Positions 12,534 through 25,612 of a stretch of 64,000 nt of DNA are shown piece by piece. The translations under genes and the position numbers were made by a program. This stretch comes from Camelus ferus. Taxonomy: Eukaryota. Under the pieces are notes generated by a model. That model was not told the DNA's origin and searched no databases. It saw only the letters and a list, made by a program, of their open reading frames with translations. Location: positions 96,598,001-96,662,000 of the forward strand of contig NC_045696.1 of assembly GCF_009834535.1 (NCBI RefSeq), read 5' to 3'. Positions within the stretch are counted from its first letter, which is position 1, and every line of letters begins with the position of its first letter.

Positions 12534-13280
12534 ATCTCTCCACCCCATTTTCTTTATCCATTCATCTGTTGATGGACTAAAATGTAAGTTTTAACCACAA
12601 CATGGGTCTAGACTAGGTTTAGGCACAAATCCCATTTGAACAAGTCTAAAGGATGTTGAGAAAATAGAAACTTCAACCAATAGCCTCTTATTATCTACTG
12701 ATCATACGTAATAAGCTACACTGCCAGGAATCCATCCTTCCCATTGAACTCATCTAACTCTGACTCCATTCCTGGGTTCACTTTCCCAGTGCTAAAAGAG
12801 GTTTACCTGTACAGGAAAAAAGCAGGTGTGGGTAAGGTTCATTCCTAGAGCTCCTCTCTCAGGTCATCTGGAATCAAATAGGAGTTTCCCTTGGACCACT
12901 GAGAGTGGTGGATAATGAAACTGGAAACTGTAGTCCAGGGCTATAGATTGCTCAGGTGCCCCACAGACCTTTAGAAGGAGGAATGGAGAAGGTTTTGTCT
13001 TCTATAGGTGTCTGAGAAGTGTTGATAATTATAACAATTGATGTCTACACTGCAAAATTTTATTGGTTCACTAAAATGAGCCCCAAGAGGTTCTATTATT
13101 AGTTGCATTTACATGTAAATATATCGTTAAAAGTATATTTTCTTTTAAAAAATAACACTATTATGGTAAAACTTAATTCATTCAACCAGCTCTGCAAAAG
13201 GAATCTCTATCTCATGAAGGATAAGTGTGCTTAGTCCTTGGATTCTTTAATGTGTTTTTTACATGATTTAAAATGTATAC

Positions 13281-13474
13281 TGACAGGCATATGCAGAATA
13301 GATACACAAGATTACACTGTATAGCACAGGGAAATATATACAAGATCTTGTGGTAGCTCACAGCGAAACAATGTGACAATGAATATATGTACATTCATGT
13401 ATAACTGAAAAATTGTGCTCTACACTGGAATTTGACACATTGTAAAATGACTATAACTCAATAAAAAAAGTTTA
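13281..13474 (+). mobile_element. Short 5'-truncated young LINE-1 tail
   Basis: ctgtatagcacagggaa...aataaaaaaa, with TSD aaaatgtatac on both sides. Confidence 0.85.
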
Positions 13475-15571
13475 AAAAATGTATACAACACTTGTAATAG
13501 TACAACAAATTCACATATGCCCTTTATCCAGATTCACCAGTTGCTTCCTTTTGCCCCACTTTATCTTTTGTGTTCTCTCCATTTATACATATAAATGTAT
13601 AAATGGAGTGGAAATTGTAAGCATCCTGCCCTTTTACCCATACATACGCCGCTGTTTCTCTTGCCGCTGTTTCTCTTTTAAAACAAAAGGACACTTCCCT
13701 ATGTAATTATGGTAAGTTACCAAAATCAGGAAATGTGATATGCAGCAGATATTCTTATCTAATCCTCAATCCATATTCAAATTTCAGTGGCTGCCCCAGT
13801 AATGCCCTTTGTAGCAATTCTGGTTTTGCAGTCCAGGGTCATATATTGCATCTGGCCGTCAGTGTGCATCCTGTGATGATTACTGCTTATTTACATTGAA
13901 AGAAAGTGCAGTTTGCTTTGGCTTACTCCAAGACAAGGTCATTTCTTGTATTTAATTCAAAAAAGTTTATAAGCATCAACAACAAAATACCTATTGTGCT
14001 TTGTTTTCCCTGAGACATTCTCATTTGAGGTGCTGGCAGATAGTTTGCTAATAAATGTCCCCGTTTCCTAGGAGGTAGGCAGGTGGAGGCAGGGTGGTTC
14101 CTGCACAGTCCTCGTGAGGGACATGCTTCTGTTCCTGGCGCCTCCATTGTCCTAGACTGTTGATTGTTGGAGTTCACCAAATTGTTCTTGAATTGCATGG
14201 ACTCATATTTAATTAAAGAGGTTAAAAGACTCATTCTAAACCAGTCACAGGATCCATGACCTTCACTAGCACCCAGGCTAAGAATTCTGTTTATATACTC
14301 ATTATGTAAAAAAATACAATGTGTCTGTTTCTTAGGCAAATAACAGGTGTCTAGTATTTGACTGTTTCTGACGTACCACGTCGTGTTTGTGTTTAAAGGG
14401 GTTTCAATGCCAAAAAGAGAAAAACCTTTTCAAAATTCCAGCTTAAATAAAACAACCTTCAAACCCCATGTTCAGGAAAAGAATTGGCACTATTTATTGC
14501 TTTCTGCAAAGCTTTCAAAATGCACCAGGTCACACACTCTTTACGGCAGAACATGTTTGCACAGGACTTTTGAGCCACTGCAATGTGAAAAGTTTCTAAA
14601 AAGAAGTCAGAGAGGTTATTTCAACATGGTTTTGTTTGTCACTCTGCTGGGCCATCTCCCCACTCCCCACGTTCTTGTCTAGCTTTGGGCTTCTGTGTGT
14701 GGCCGTGTCTCGGCTGGCTCCCCCCAAGAGAGGTCTGCTTAAAGTAAACCCCACCCCAGCGCCGGGGGAAACGAGCAGGTATTTCCCGGTGGAGAAATCT
14801 CGTTTGTAACAATGGACGTGTCCCAGGCCGCAGGCAGCCCTCTGCAAAGCGGGCCAGGTGCTTTACCTTGGGAACAAGAGTACGCAGGGAAGAACCCGGG
14901 CATCTGAAGGAAAACGGGCATCCCAGTCTGAACCCTCCCGTCTGGTGGGCAGGCCCCAGCCAGAGTGTGAAAAGTGAAACCTCAGGACTTCCTCGCCAGA
15001 TGCCAGAGAAGGCTGGGAGGGCCCAATTACTGGGTACTTGTTTGTGCGATACTGCCGCCCCACTCCTTAGGGAGGGCTGCTTCCAGGGCTGTTTTTCCCC
15101 TTGCAAACCAAGGAAAAAATTAATCACCGAACCCGCTTTCAGAAGCAGTGTATTTGCGGACCCTAGGTTTTTGTGTGTGTTGGGTTGGGGGTGTGGCAGG
15201 AAAGGGATGGTCAAGGCAGATGGAAATTGTTTCTTTTTCTCGAAAGATTGGTTCTTTGATTCCTAAACTGTCCTGTGCAGAGAAATAGCAGCGGAGGATC
15301 AGGAAATGCAGGGCTCTGACCCTGGTGTGGCCACGGATGACCACGTGGCCGGGATGAGTCAGTGGGTCTGTTAAACGGGTGGAACCAGTGCCCCAGCCTC
15401 CCTCCGTGCTGTGCAATCAGGGCTGGGTGTCAGGGCTGTGTTCCTGAGCTACCCTGGGTAGCACCCATGGGGCAGGGTGGTGACCAAGCAGACTTGCTTC
15501 CTAGAGGACGTGCGGCCCCTTTTCAAAGCTGTAAGTGCGCTGCCCAGCCAGGTTTTGTCATTCGTTGACAT

Positions 15572-15790
15572 CAGCGGCTCTCAACTGGGGTGATTTTGCC
15601 ACCCGGGAGACATTTGGCCATGCCCGTGACGTGTGTGGTTGCACTGCGTCGGGGGCGGGGAGAAGATGCTGGCATTTGGTGGGTAGAGGCCAGGGATTCT
15701 AGTAAACATCATCCAGTGCAGGGCAGAACCCCCCACACCAAGACTTAGCTGGTCTTTGTTTATCAACAGTGCTGCTGTAGAGAGACCCTG
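15572..15790 (+). mobile_element. MER20 hAT DNA transposon
   Basis: cagcggctctcaactggggtgattttgcc...gacatttggc...gggtagaggccagggat...gagaccctg. Confidence 0.8.
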
Positions 15791-18700
15791 AAAATAAATT
15801 GTCGGTGAAGGCCCCGACGGAACCTGGACCCGCCTACTCATTTAGGTTTTATCACCACTGTCTGCTCCACTCAGCCTGTGCTCAGGCTGGATGGAACTAC
15901 TCCATCCACAATCCACTTTGTCCACAGTGAAGCTTTCCTTACTCCCGCTTCCTCAGTCTGTCCCTACTTTGAAATCACCTGTGGCATACCCCCTGGTCTT
16001 CCTTTGCGTAGTCACCTGTGTTTCTGATGTACTTGAGCTGTTTATGGGTGCATGGTATGTCCCCCCAACCCCGACAGCAAACACCACATGGGCATCTGCA
16101 GCTGATTCCCTCCAGCAGAGGTTGGCAGCCCTGAGAAACCCCGACTGCTCACCAGGAGAACACAAGCCCAGGGACCAGCACGATTTGGGTTTACTGCTCA
16201 GAGGTACCTAGTCAGTTCATACACCCTGAAGCCTGCCCTCTGATCCCCGGAAGAGTGCCCCTAATGTAGGTAACAAGAACATCATTCCAGAACAATGGCA
16301 AGACTGTTGTCACAAGTGTGAGGCATGTGGTACACAAGTGCATGTGTATGTGTGTGTGAGCACACGCATGTTTAAAGTTTAGATCTTTTCTTTTTAGAGA
16401 TCGTCTCTAATCCAGTTGTCATAACAGTGGTGCCAGTGGTCATGAAGACACGCCCTCACCCATGATGGAAAAGAGAAGGAACAGACTGGCATTAAAGTTC
16501 AGCTTGTTTAGAAAAAGCAGAGTAAGCACATCACACTTTAAAATTCTATTTGTTTAAGTTCATAAAGGCTGTAGCAAGATCTTTTCATAAGGTCACTGTC
16601 CACACAGATGCTAAGTAATGCCTTTCCTATTTGTGTAATCTGGGGAGGTCCCCTGTTCTCGGTATTTGGGCTGAAGGAAGCGTGTGTGACTTGTAAGGCA
16701 AACCAGTAATTCTGAACGTAAATATTTCTACCTGAGTTACACAAGAAAGTTCTAAAATGATTGCTAGATGATATTTGCCATACATTTGAGTTCGTGAACA
16801 TGGACTGGTTTGGGGCTTTGGGTTGGGGAGGAGGTGCAGGTGGTACTTTTCTGAACGCTCTGTGCCAAAGTTCATCTCGTTCCTGGAATTATTCCTGGGC
16901 AGCTGTGGTAAACAGCCCATTCTGAAAGGTCTGCAGATCCAAATATTAAGGGCTTGTTTCAGCCAGGAAATCTGCCAGGCTCTGGACTAATTCCTGCTAT
17001 TTATGTGTGGATGAGTGTTTTAAACACTCCGCAGAAATGCCTCACCCATCACTCACAGAAGAACATCCTCAGAAGGCTCTGTATTCCGAGCCTCACCCTA
17101 GATTTAAAACACAGGTAATAGAGATTTGTCTTTCAGGGCCTTACACTGTTAGGAACACAAACTATAAATATATATGGATAAATAAATTTGTTTCTCCTTC
17201 TGATTACATTTTTATGCCCATGCTTTTCAAATTAGTCCATGGTTTTAAAAGATGAATCAGCAATTCCTATGGGCAAAGTAAGTAACAGTGAACTATTTCT
17301 GCCAATTTCCACTGAAGCCCATTATAATTCAGTTGAGGTACTGAGGAGGGAGGAGCTGCATTTCTCTCTTTAAGCCACCCTCTTCTTCCTTACTAGGGGA
17401 GACTCCGCTCCCTAAGGGTGCTGACTGCCATCTCTGCTCTGTATCCGCTCCGTGACTACAGCTTATCTGGGACTACAACTTAGGGTCTCATAAAGAGAAG
17501 GTGCCCGGTGCCTGCGCGTTGCCAGTGATGAATTCAGCTGGAAAGATTAGAACTTGACCTACTTAAAGTTTATAAGGGGTTTATTCCCTAAGGCAGGGTA
17601 GGGAGAAGCAAAAACGGCTGTGAGGTTTTCTTTTGTTTTGTTGTGTTAGCACTGGACACAGCATCTTAGAAAAATGACATGGCCCTGCCCTCATCTGGTG
17701 TCTTTGTGTCTCAGCTGAGGGTGGGGGAACCCAAACTGTACCTGCCACTCTGGGCTCGAGGGGCATGAAGTTAACTTCTGGTTTCACCTGAAAAGGTCAT
17801 TTAGGTTTCCTTATTCTTTGCAGAACAACAGCGTAATACTCTGGGCAAGTGCCTACTCGTGGGCTGATTCTCCATCTGGTGTCTGGGAATTAACATGGTC
17901 ATTCTCATGAAGGTTGGGTGCAGAAGTCTAATTCCTTCTGGTACGGTCTTTTCTCATGACAGATGTGATTTATCCATCAGGAATGTCATCTTAAGCACAA
18001 GGGAGAAAAAAATTTTGTTCCCACCCTATGAAGGCAGCATTTGAGGGACAGACTGTCAGAAAACCCATCTAGGACAGGTGCCCACTCCAGGACCCACTTT
18101 AGTTCTCCTTCCCCCCGGGCCTGTCCCAACGGCCTGACGTGCCTGGTCATGAAGAGATGTCCATGTGGACTTGAGGAAGGGGCCTGGGGGAAGTCCCTCA
18201 GGCTTTGAGGAGGGTGAGGCCCTTCTCATTTTTACCTCCAATGACTGGAACCACACTGGATCAGCAGTCTCCCAAGTTAACTAGTTGTTGGATGTGATTT
18301 CCTTTCTCCCAAAGGGTATGTTCAGAGCATACATTTGGGGCCACCAGCAGTTCTTTGCCACCCCACCCCTCAGGGTCAGGGAGGATAAAAGGTAAGGAAG
18401 GGGAGGTCATATTTCTAGCAGTGTGAGGGGTCTCCAGCCCTCCCCTGACCTGGGCCGGTCACTCTAGCAGCAAGAGCAGGGACCCCAGGGCAGCCTTCCC
18501 ACAGCCTGCCTGCTGGTCACAATTTGAACCAAGAAGTAGAGGGGGGCGATGGAGAGGAGTCACACTATCTGCAGAACCGCCCATAGGCGAAAACCAGATA
18601 CCATATATCCTTTGCCTTACCCCTAGCAAATCTAAATTCCCTTTAAAATTCTTTAAATTCACAGAAAATAAGGGAAAGGCCAGGTTTTCTAGGGCCGGTG

Positions 18701-19019
18701 CCACAATTTTGTTGGAGATGTTTCTAGTAAGAATGCTTGAGTTCTCGTGTTTTTAAGAGTGCTGGAATGCGGGCAGGAATGCAGTTCACTCCTGGTTTAG
18801 GATGTGCCTCTGATGTCGCGCACGGCAGTATGGATGATGAACAAGCACCGAGACTTTCAGTCTTCAATATTTAACTCATCTGGAGCAAAAGTCATTGAAA
18901 TGAGAATAAAGTTTAAGTCTTGGAGACCTGGGTGGGTGGATACTCTTAGCGGTCTGCACCCACCCACAGAGGTTTGGAGAAGGTCCCAGGTCTCACTGTG
19001 TTTCTTCCTGTCCCCGCAG

Positions 19020-19577
19020 TATGCCACCACGGGCTGTTCTCTGACCCTGCACCACACGGAGAAGCCGGAGCATGAAGACATCTGTGAATACCGTCCCTAC
19101 TCATGCCCTTGTCCCGGTGCGTCCTGCAAATGGCAGGGGTCCCTGGAAGCCGTGATGTCCCATCTCATGCACGCCCACAAGAGCATTACCACCCTTCAGG
19201 GAGAAGACATCGTCTTTCTGGCCACAGACATTAACCTGCCAGGGGCTGTCGACTGGGTGATGATGCAGTCATGTTTCGGCCATCACTTCATGCTGGTGCT
19301 GGAGAAACAAGAGAAGTATGAGGGCCACCAGCAGTTCTTTGCCATCGTTTTGCTCATCGGCACCCGCAAGCAGGCGGAGAACTTTGCCTACAGACTGGAG
19401 CTGAATGGGAACCGGAGGAGACTGACCTGGGAGGCCACGCCCCGGTCCATCCATGACGGCGTGTCCGCGGCCATCATGAACAGCGACTGCCTGGTTTTTG
19501 ACACGGCCATAGCCCATCTTTTTGCAGATAATGGGAACCTTGGAATCAATGTGACTATTTCTACGTGTTGTCCGTGA
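19020..19577 (+). CDS. SIAH2: SIAH2 coding exon 2 (SIAH zinc fingers and substrate-binding domain)
   Basis: Polypyrimidine tract and CAG acceptor ending at 19019, then [36 protein letters not shown]...[15 protein letters not shown] (185 aa). The total of 324 aa equals the known SIAH2 length. Confidence 0.98.
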   Translation, partial: YATTGCSLTLHHTEKPEHEDICEYRPYSCPCPGASCKWQGSLEAVMSHLMHAHKSITTLQGEDIVFLATDINLPGAVDWVMMQSCFGHHFMLVLEKQEKYEGHQQFFAIVLLIGTRKQAENFAYRLELNGNRRRLTWEATPRSIHDGVSAAIMNSDCLVFDTAIAHLFADNGNLGINVTISTCCP

Positions 19578-19615
19578 TGCACCGAAATTATCTGGGCGTA
19601 GCACTCTTATGTGTT

Positions 19616-19621
19616 AATAAA
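19616..19621 (+). terminator. Candidate proximal polyadenylation signal of SIAH2
   Basis: AATAAA starting 39 nt after the stop codon, followed by U-rich sequence. Confidence 0.45.
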
Positions 19622-20008
19622 GGTTTTTATAGAGGTTTTATTCACTATGTCTTCACCAGTCAAGACCCACGGTTACCCCGTGTTCTGTTTAAACAGCAGT
19701 GTCCCATCTGGCACCAGCCCAACGAAGTTCATTAAACTGGGATGGATGGGATTGGCCAGTTAGTCATTTGGAGGTCACTCTGTGATCCAAAATCGACTTT
19801 ATTAATTACATTTTATTTACTTCCCGCACCTGACCGGTGGCTCAGGCCCCTAGAGACCAGAACGTTAGGAGTTGGAGGCTCCTTCCTGCCTGCCTCCCTG
19901 TACCTGGTCCCTCCAAGCTGGCAACAGCACAGTGACTATCGCCAGATTCGTTGACTGTACTCTTATCTCATGTTTAGGGGGTAGGAATGGTTTTTAACAC
20001 ATTTTAAA

Positions 20009-20150
20009 CAGTGTTTCTCAAACCAGATGGCTAACCAGTAGGCGTAGAATCACTTGCGTGCTCAGCTTCAACATACATTTGGGGGCACCTGCAAATTTAA
20101 CAATCTCATCAGGTGATTCTCCTCAACAGTCACATTTGAGACTCACTGGG
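20009..20150. mobile_element. MER5-like element within the SIAH2 3'UTR
   Basis: TIRs cagtgtttctcaaa / tttgagactcactg, with internal caggtgattct. Confidence 0.65.
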
Positions 20151-20578
20151 TTAAACTGTGGAGAAGGGTCCAGATTTTAAAGGTGCTCTAAGATTGCCCT
20201 CTACTGATACTGTCTGTCTTTCTACTATTTCCTCCGCCCTGCCCCCCCCCCCCCGCCCCCCAGATTAAACCTAGAATTACAGATCCCTGTGAACACACTC
20301 CTGAGATTTGGTCACTCTCTTGTGTTCGGGGTGGGTTGCCTAGGGAAGCAAGTCAGATGGCCGTCGATAGTTCTCACGCAGTTTTTGCTCATCACTAGTG
20401 CAGATCACCTGTTTACACGTGGCTTCCCTCGGAGGCCCTTCTGGACTTAGTTGGTGAGAAAGACTAGATCAGTAGAGTTGGAAAAGCTTTATAACCAGTG
20501 TCATATGCTTGCTATTTAAAGGTATGTGTTGGGTTGGTTTTTTTGTTTGTTTTTTTGCCACATTCACTTTAGTTTTTT

Positions 20579-20584
20579 AATAAA
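20579..20584 (+). terminator. Distal polyadenylation signal of SIAH2
   Basis: AATAAA about 1 kb after the stop, with U-rich upstream sequence. Confidence 0.75.
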
Positions 20585-23500
20585 TATTTTCCAAAAATGA
20601 CTGTCATGCTTCATCTTCTGAGTGGAATATACAATATGTGTTTATTGGAAACCTACTGTGTGCAGGTACACTACCCTGGGCTTGGAGCGCTCACTGTTTC
20701 CACAGGAAGACACAGTCATTCATCCAAGGTCATGGCACGGGTCAGAGGCAGCACGGGGATCCAGACTCCCTTCTCTGAACCATGGAGTGTCACTGTTGTG
20801 CCAGGTCTCCTTGGAGGGGCTCTTTCTGCCTGCTGGTGCCAACGCTGATGGAAGGAGAGTATTTCTCCTGTTTTACAGAATCAGAAGGAAGAGGCTTGGC
20901 TAAAGCTGATGTCCAGAGTGCTGGGTTTGAACCAAGGTGACCCACTCTATCAGTCCTGTCCCTAAACTCTCAAAGGAGTTCACAATTTTAGCCCCGAATG
21001 CTCGGTGAGGATTGAAGACTGCTTACATTAGTGGCCCAATGGCATCAGAGAAGCACCAGGTGGGAGTGATGGCTTTGGAGAAGTTTCTGCTTTTTAGGTG
21101 AGAAGCAGGGCTGAGTTTTCAGCCAGGATAGAGTTCTGATGGTTAAGGAATAGCTAAAGTAACTTATCTTCAAGACTATTCTTCATATAAAGGTAAAGAA
21201 GCAGTGCCTTGAACAGAAGAAGATGTTTAAACCATGTTTGGTAAATGAATAAAAACCACAATTTTTGTCACTAGGAAAGTCACACTTCAAGCCAGTTTAT
21301 GGAGGAATCTGTGGAGGTGAAACTAGGATCCAGGAGCAGGTGGACTTTGACCTTCCGGGACAGAGCTGTCCAGGTGTGGCTGTCCAGTGCACGCAGACAC
21401 CCAGGCAACGTGTTCTGTGCATAAAGTAGCCTAGCTTGTCACCATCCCTTAGTGGCCATACCTAACGCTCCTTGTTACACGACAGAAGAAATTAGGAACA
21501 ACTGGTCAACAAGGTACCAAAGGGTAAAGCTATAATTAAAAGACCATAAAGGTGCAGACAGTAGAATCAAGCTATTCCACAAGCATAAAATGTTAGGTTT
21601 TTTTTTTCAGTCCAAAGAGAGAAAGTGAGGGGTCAACAGTCACACAGTTAAGCATTACAGGCAGCAATGATTCTAGAATGAAGACTTCCCAACTCCCAAT
21701 TCAGACATGTTTCTAGAAACTTAACAAAGGAGAATAAAGTTTCAGGCAACCAAACTTTATACTTTTACTTTCCATTGTTATCTAGCTCCGTGTAATTTCT
21801 GTCACTGGAAATCTGTAAACTTAACTTTTACTCTCCTTTTTGGAAACTAAGCATCTTCTGCCAGAAAATAAACAAAAATCCCCAGGTTATTCCCTTTTTT
21901 AAGAGGAAGTGAAAAACAGCAAAAAAGATTATGTAAATAAAATCTCCTTTTATGTAGCTCTGACTGCAAATGCAACTTAAAATGCAGAGATAAGCATTTG
22001 TCAAAACTCATCACATGGTCCACTTATGTACCATATTTTTAAAAAAAATTTTCTCTTTCATGTCCTAATTCTATATTCTAATTTGATAGAAATCTGGCTG
22101 ATCAAGCAAGATGGTAGATTCAGCCTGTGTCTTATGATGACTGAGCCATTCTAAACAATAAAAGGTTTTCAAAAAACCTCAATAAAATGACAATAATCAT
22201 TAATTCTGGGTTGCAGAAACCTGGGTGTATGTTATATTAGTATTTACATTATTCTATATTTTTTAAAAAATTGTTTTAAACTAACCAGTCTTAAGATCAG
22301 TGGTTCCCGACTTTTCTGTGAGGGGGAACTGGTCTTGGTTTCCCTGAATCCTTAAGATTTAGAGGATTCAGAGGATGGAGTCCTCACAGTGAACTGTCCA
22401 GCCCAAATTATGGAAAACTTCAAAGGAGAGGCCATGGAGGCATCAACCACCTTGGAACTCACCTGAGCAGAATCTGAAACTGCCATCAGGTGCCAGCTAA
22501 TGGTGAGGTGTCTCTGTCTTAGCGGCAGAATCCTGCAACTCCCTTATGATTCCATCCCAAGGAAGTTCTCCTTGTCCCTAACCTCAGGCTCTTGGGATTT
22601 GTCAAGTAGCCAGCAGTATGACCTTAGGTCCATCACTTGACCTCCCTGGTTCCAAATTTCCTAATCTGCAACATTTGAAATTTTATTTTCTAAATGTTTT
22701 TACTATAGTACTAATTTCCTGAGACAACTGAGCTATTTAAATTTAAAGTTAAGGTGTGTAAATCATTCCAGCTGGGCTTTGTATGCAGTGGTTCTGGAAT
22801 AATTGCAACCCAGCGTGTGTCATTTGGAGTTAGCAGGTGAGTCACGCTCCGGCTGCCTCTCATACTCCCACAGTTTCAAGCCAGGGATGGTGCTTTGCAG
22901 TTTTGCTTTGTAGTTCTGGCTTGAGAGGCCCATGACCCTGACCTTTCCTGACTCATACATTCTATGCTTGAAGTATGATTATAATTTCACTGACCTGTGC
23001 TGGCCTGGAAGAAAAGGAGTCAAGAGTTCTTAAAGAATAGGAAATCTCGCTCTCAGTGTTAAACCTTCTGCTTCTGCTGCTAATTTGAAGCTTAAAATGT
23101 CTTATTTGTGAATGTTTAATTTGTCTTGGAATCCCCAACAACAGGGCAAAAAAGAATGTTAGACCCTGCTGATACCAATGACTGCTACCACTACCACTAT
23201 TTTAGAGAATGAATGGGTGGGTGAGTGGATGGATGGATGGAGACATACAGAGGGGAAGCCACTGGCCTAAAACCACACAACTTGTTAGAATTTCCTGTGA
23301 TGGCATGGTGTCTTCTGTATCGAGTAAAAGGGGTAAAATTATAAAACTTTTCAAACCACTGGAAGTGACATTTTTATGATAATTAAGACAAAAGAAGGGA
23401 ATTTGCTCCTAGTCTTGACTGAGGAGTCCCACCAACTCACCTGCTCTACTGCCACCACCTGGGCCTGGACCGCTGTCAGAGCTCCTAACTGCTTGTCCTC

Positions 23501-23722
23501 CTCCCACGTGCCCTGCTCCAAGCCAGCCTGCACACAGGCATTCAGAAGGCTCTTTTTAAATGAAAACTGATGGCACCACAAGTGCTTCAGTATTTCTTTC
23601 AGGAGAACTTGTTCTTTCCCTTCATAGTACTTTCCACAGTGGCAATTGTGTATTTTTTTTGTTCAACATCTGCCCCCTCCCCACAACAAACTCCAGGGTG
23701 AAGAGGTTGTGAAGTTTTTGTT

Positions 23723-24447
23723 TATTTTTTTAACTGAAATTATAGTTGATTTATTATAAATCTGTTAATTTCTGGTGTACAGCATAGTGATTTATTTATA
23801 CATACATATATATTCTTTTTCATTATAGACTATCACAAGGTATTGAATATAGTTCCCTGTGCTATACAGAAGGACATTGTTGCTTATCTACTTTATATAC
23901 AATAGTATCTGCAAATCCTGAACTCCCAGTTTATCCCTCCCCACACATTTTCCCCTCTGGTAACCGTAAGTTTGTTTCTATGTCTGTCTCTGTTTCATAA
24001 ATAAGTTTGTGTCCTTTTTTTTTTTAAGACTCCACATATGGTATTTTTCTTTCTCTTTCTGGCTTACTTCACTTAGGATGATCTCCACATCCAACTATGT
24101 TGCTGTCATTCTTTTTATGGCTGAGTAGTATTCCATTGTGCGTGCATGTCTATGTCTGTGTACACACACAACTTCTTTATCCAATCATCTGTGATGGACA
24201 TTTAGGTTGCTTCCATGTCCTGCTTTTGTAAATAGTGCTGCTATGAACATTGGGGTGCATGTATCTTTTTGAATTAGTTTCTTCCAGATATATGCCCAGA
24301 AGAGGGATTGCTGGATCATAGGGTAAGTCTATTTTCAGTTTTTTAAGGAATCTCCACACTGTTCTCCATAGTGGCTGCACCAAACTACAGTCCCACCAAC
24401 AGTATAGGAGGGTTCCCTTTTCTCCACACCCTCTCCAGCACTTGAGA
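23723..24447 (-). mobile_element. 5'-truncated LINE-1 including the ORF2 C-terminus
   Basis: ORF 24177-24383 ([31 protein letters not shown]) is the L1 ORF2 C-terminal motif. Perfect 16-bp TSD ttgtgaagtttttgtt at 23707 and 24448. Confidence 0.95.
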
Positions 24448-25269
24448 TTGTGAAGTTTTTGTTCATTCTTCTATCCCTGGCACCAGGGCACCTAATTAAT
24501 ACTGACTGGGTAAATTACTTCCAATGATTAGTCTGATAACAGCACTGAGCCAACACCTTAAGTGTTAATGGTCTCTGTTTTTATACCAAAAATCATTGGG
24601 GAATTTCCACAGGCAGGCAGAGAACAGAGATGGGGAGATAATCTACAACCCAGAGAAGGGAGGAAATAGTTTCTCTGCCCCAGGCAAGGACAGAAACACT
24701 GGTCCGAAGGTCCTGTGCCTTGAGATATCTTATGTCATAGTGTCACCTGACATTCAGATCAAAGGCAGACTCTGCTTTGTGCAGAGGGCACAGATCAAAG
24801 TTCCTCTGACCTGCAGGGAGCCATATAACAAGATTAGATCAGTTTGGTGGAAAGTCTGCCAAGGTAACAATGGTTGCCATTTATTGGGCACCTACTGGTA
24901 CAAGGTGTTTTGTCTCTATTAACCATTTAATCCTCCACACTTACCAATGCAATAAGAGTTATTATCCTCGATTTGGAGTTGAGGCAATTAAGGCCCAGAA
25001 AGATTAAGTAACTTGCCTAAACTCACACAGCTGGTAAGCAACAGAACTGGGATATGAACCCATTGCATAGTCCCTGCCCCTTCACCATGTCCCACGGTCC
25101 ATCGTGTTGGTGTTTGGCTTTCATGTACCCTGATCACCAGCAGAAGGACTGCTTATTTGTAACAGATAAGGATGACAGGATCTAGAGATGCAGGTGGATA
25201 CAGAACACCTGTGCTTTAGAACAGCTTTCGCCACTGTCATAGCATGTTAGAAAGGGACAGAAACCTAGA

Positions 25270-25612
25270 CGTGGTTCAGACCCTCACTATTCACAGTGTG
25301 GTCCGTAGACCAGCGGCATCAGCCTCACCTGGGAGCTTGTTAGAACTGTAGCATCTCAGGACTCACCCCTGCCTACTGCGCCAGAATCTGCATTTTTACA
25401 CAATCCCAGGTGGTCTGGATGCAGTTCAAGTTGGAGAAGCACTGGTGTAAACCAGGGGTTCTCTAGCCACTTGCCCTTTAGAGTCACCTGGGGAACTTTA
25501 AAGCATACCAGGACATGAGTTGGAATCCCTGGTGGTAGGGCTGCACTTATGTCTCCTTTTTCAAGCTCCCCAGGAGAGCCCGACAGGCAGCCAGACTTGA
25601 GAACCACCGATC
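25270..25612. mobile_element. Two adjacent MER5-family elements
   Basis: gaccagcggcatcagcctcacctgggagcttgttaga...gagaagcactg, followed by caggggttctc...ttgagaaccacc. Confidence 0.7.

Larger units (their letters stand above)
11868..12578 (-). mobile_element. 5'-truncated LINE-1 (3' UTR and tail)
   Basis: Poly-T followed by typical L1 3'UTR reverse sequence (gaagtatagttgattt...ttccctgtactat...), a (TG)n insert, and aaaatgta on both sides. Confidence 0.85.
19578..20600 (+). other. SIAH2: SIAH2 3'UTR
   Basis: Runs from the stop codon to AATAAA at 20579-20584, which is preceded by a U-rich tract. Confidence 0.75.

Noticed and set aside
14596..15420. ORFs of 130-190 aa in the SIAH2 intron (a similar set occurs at 40336-41521)
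   Set aside because: No recognisable domains, mostly non-ATG starts, and no supporting splice structure.
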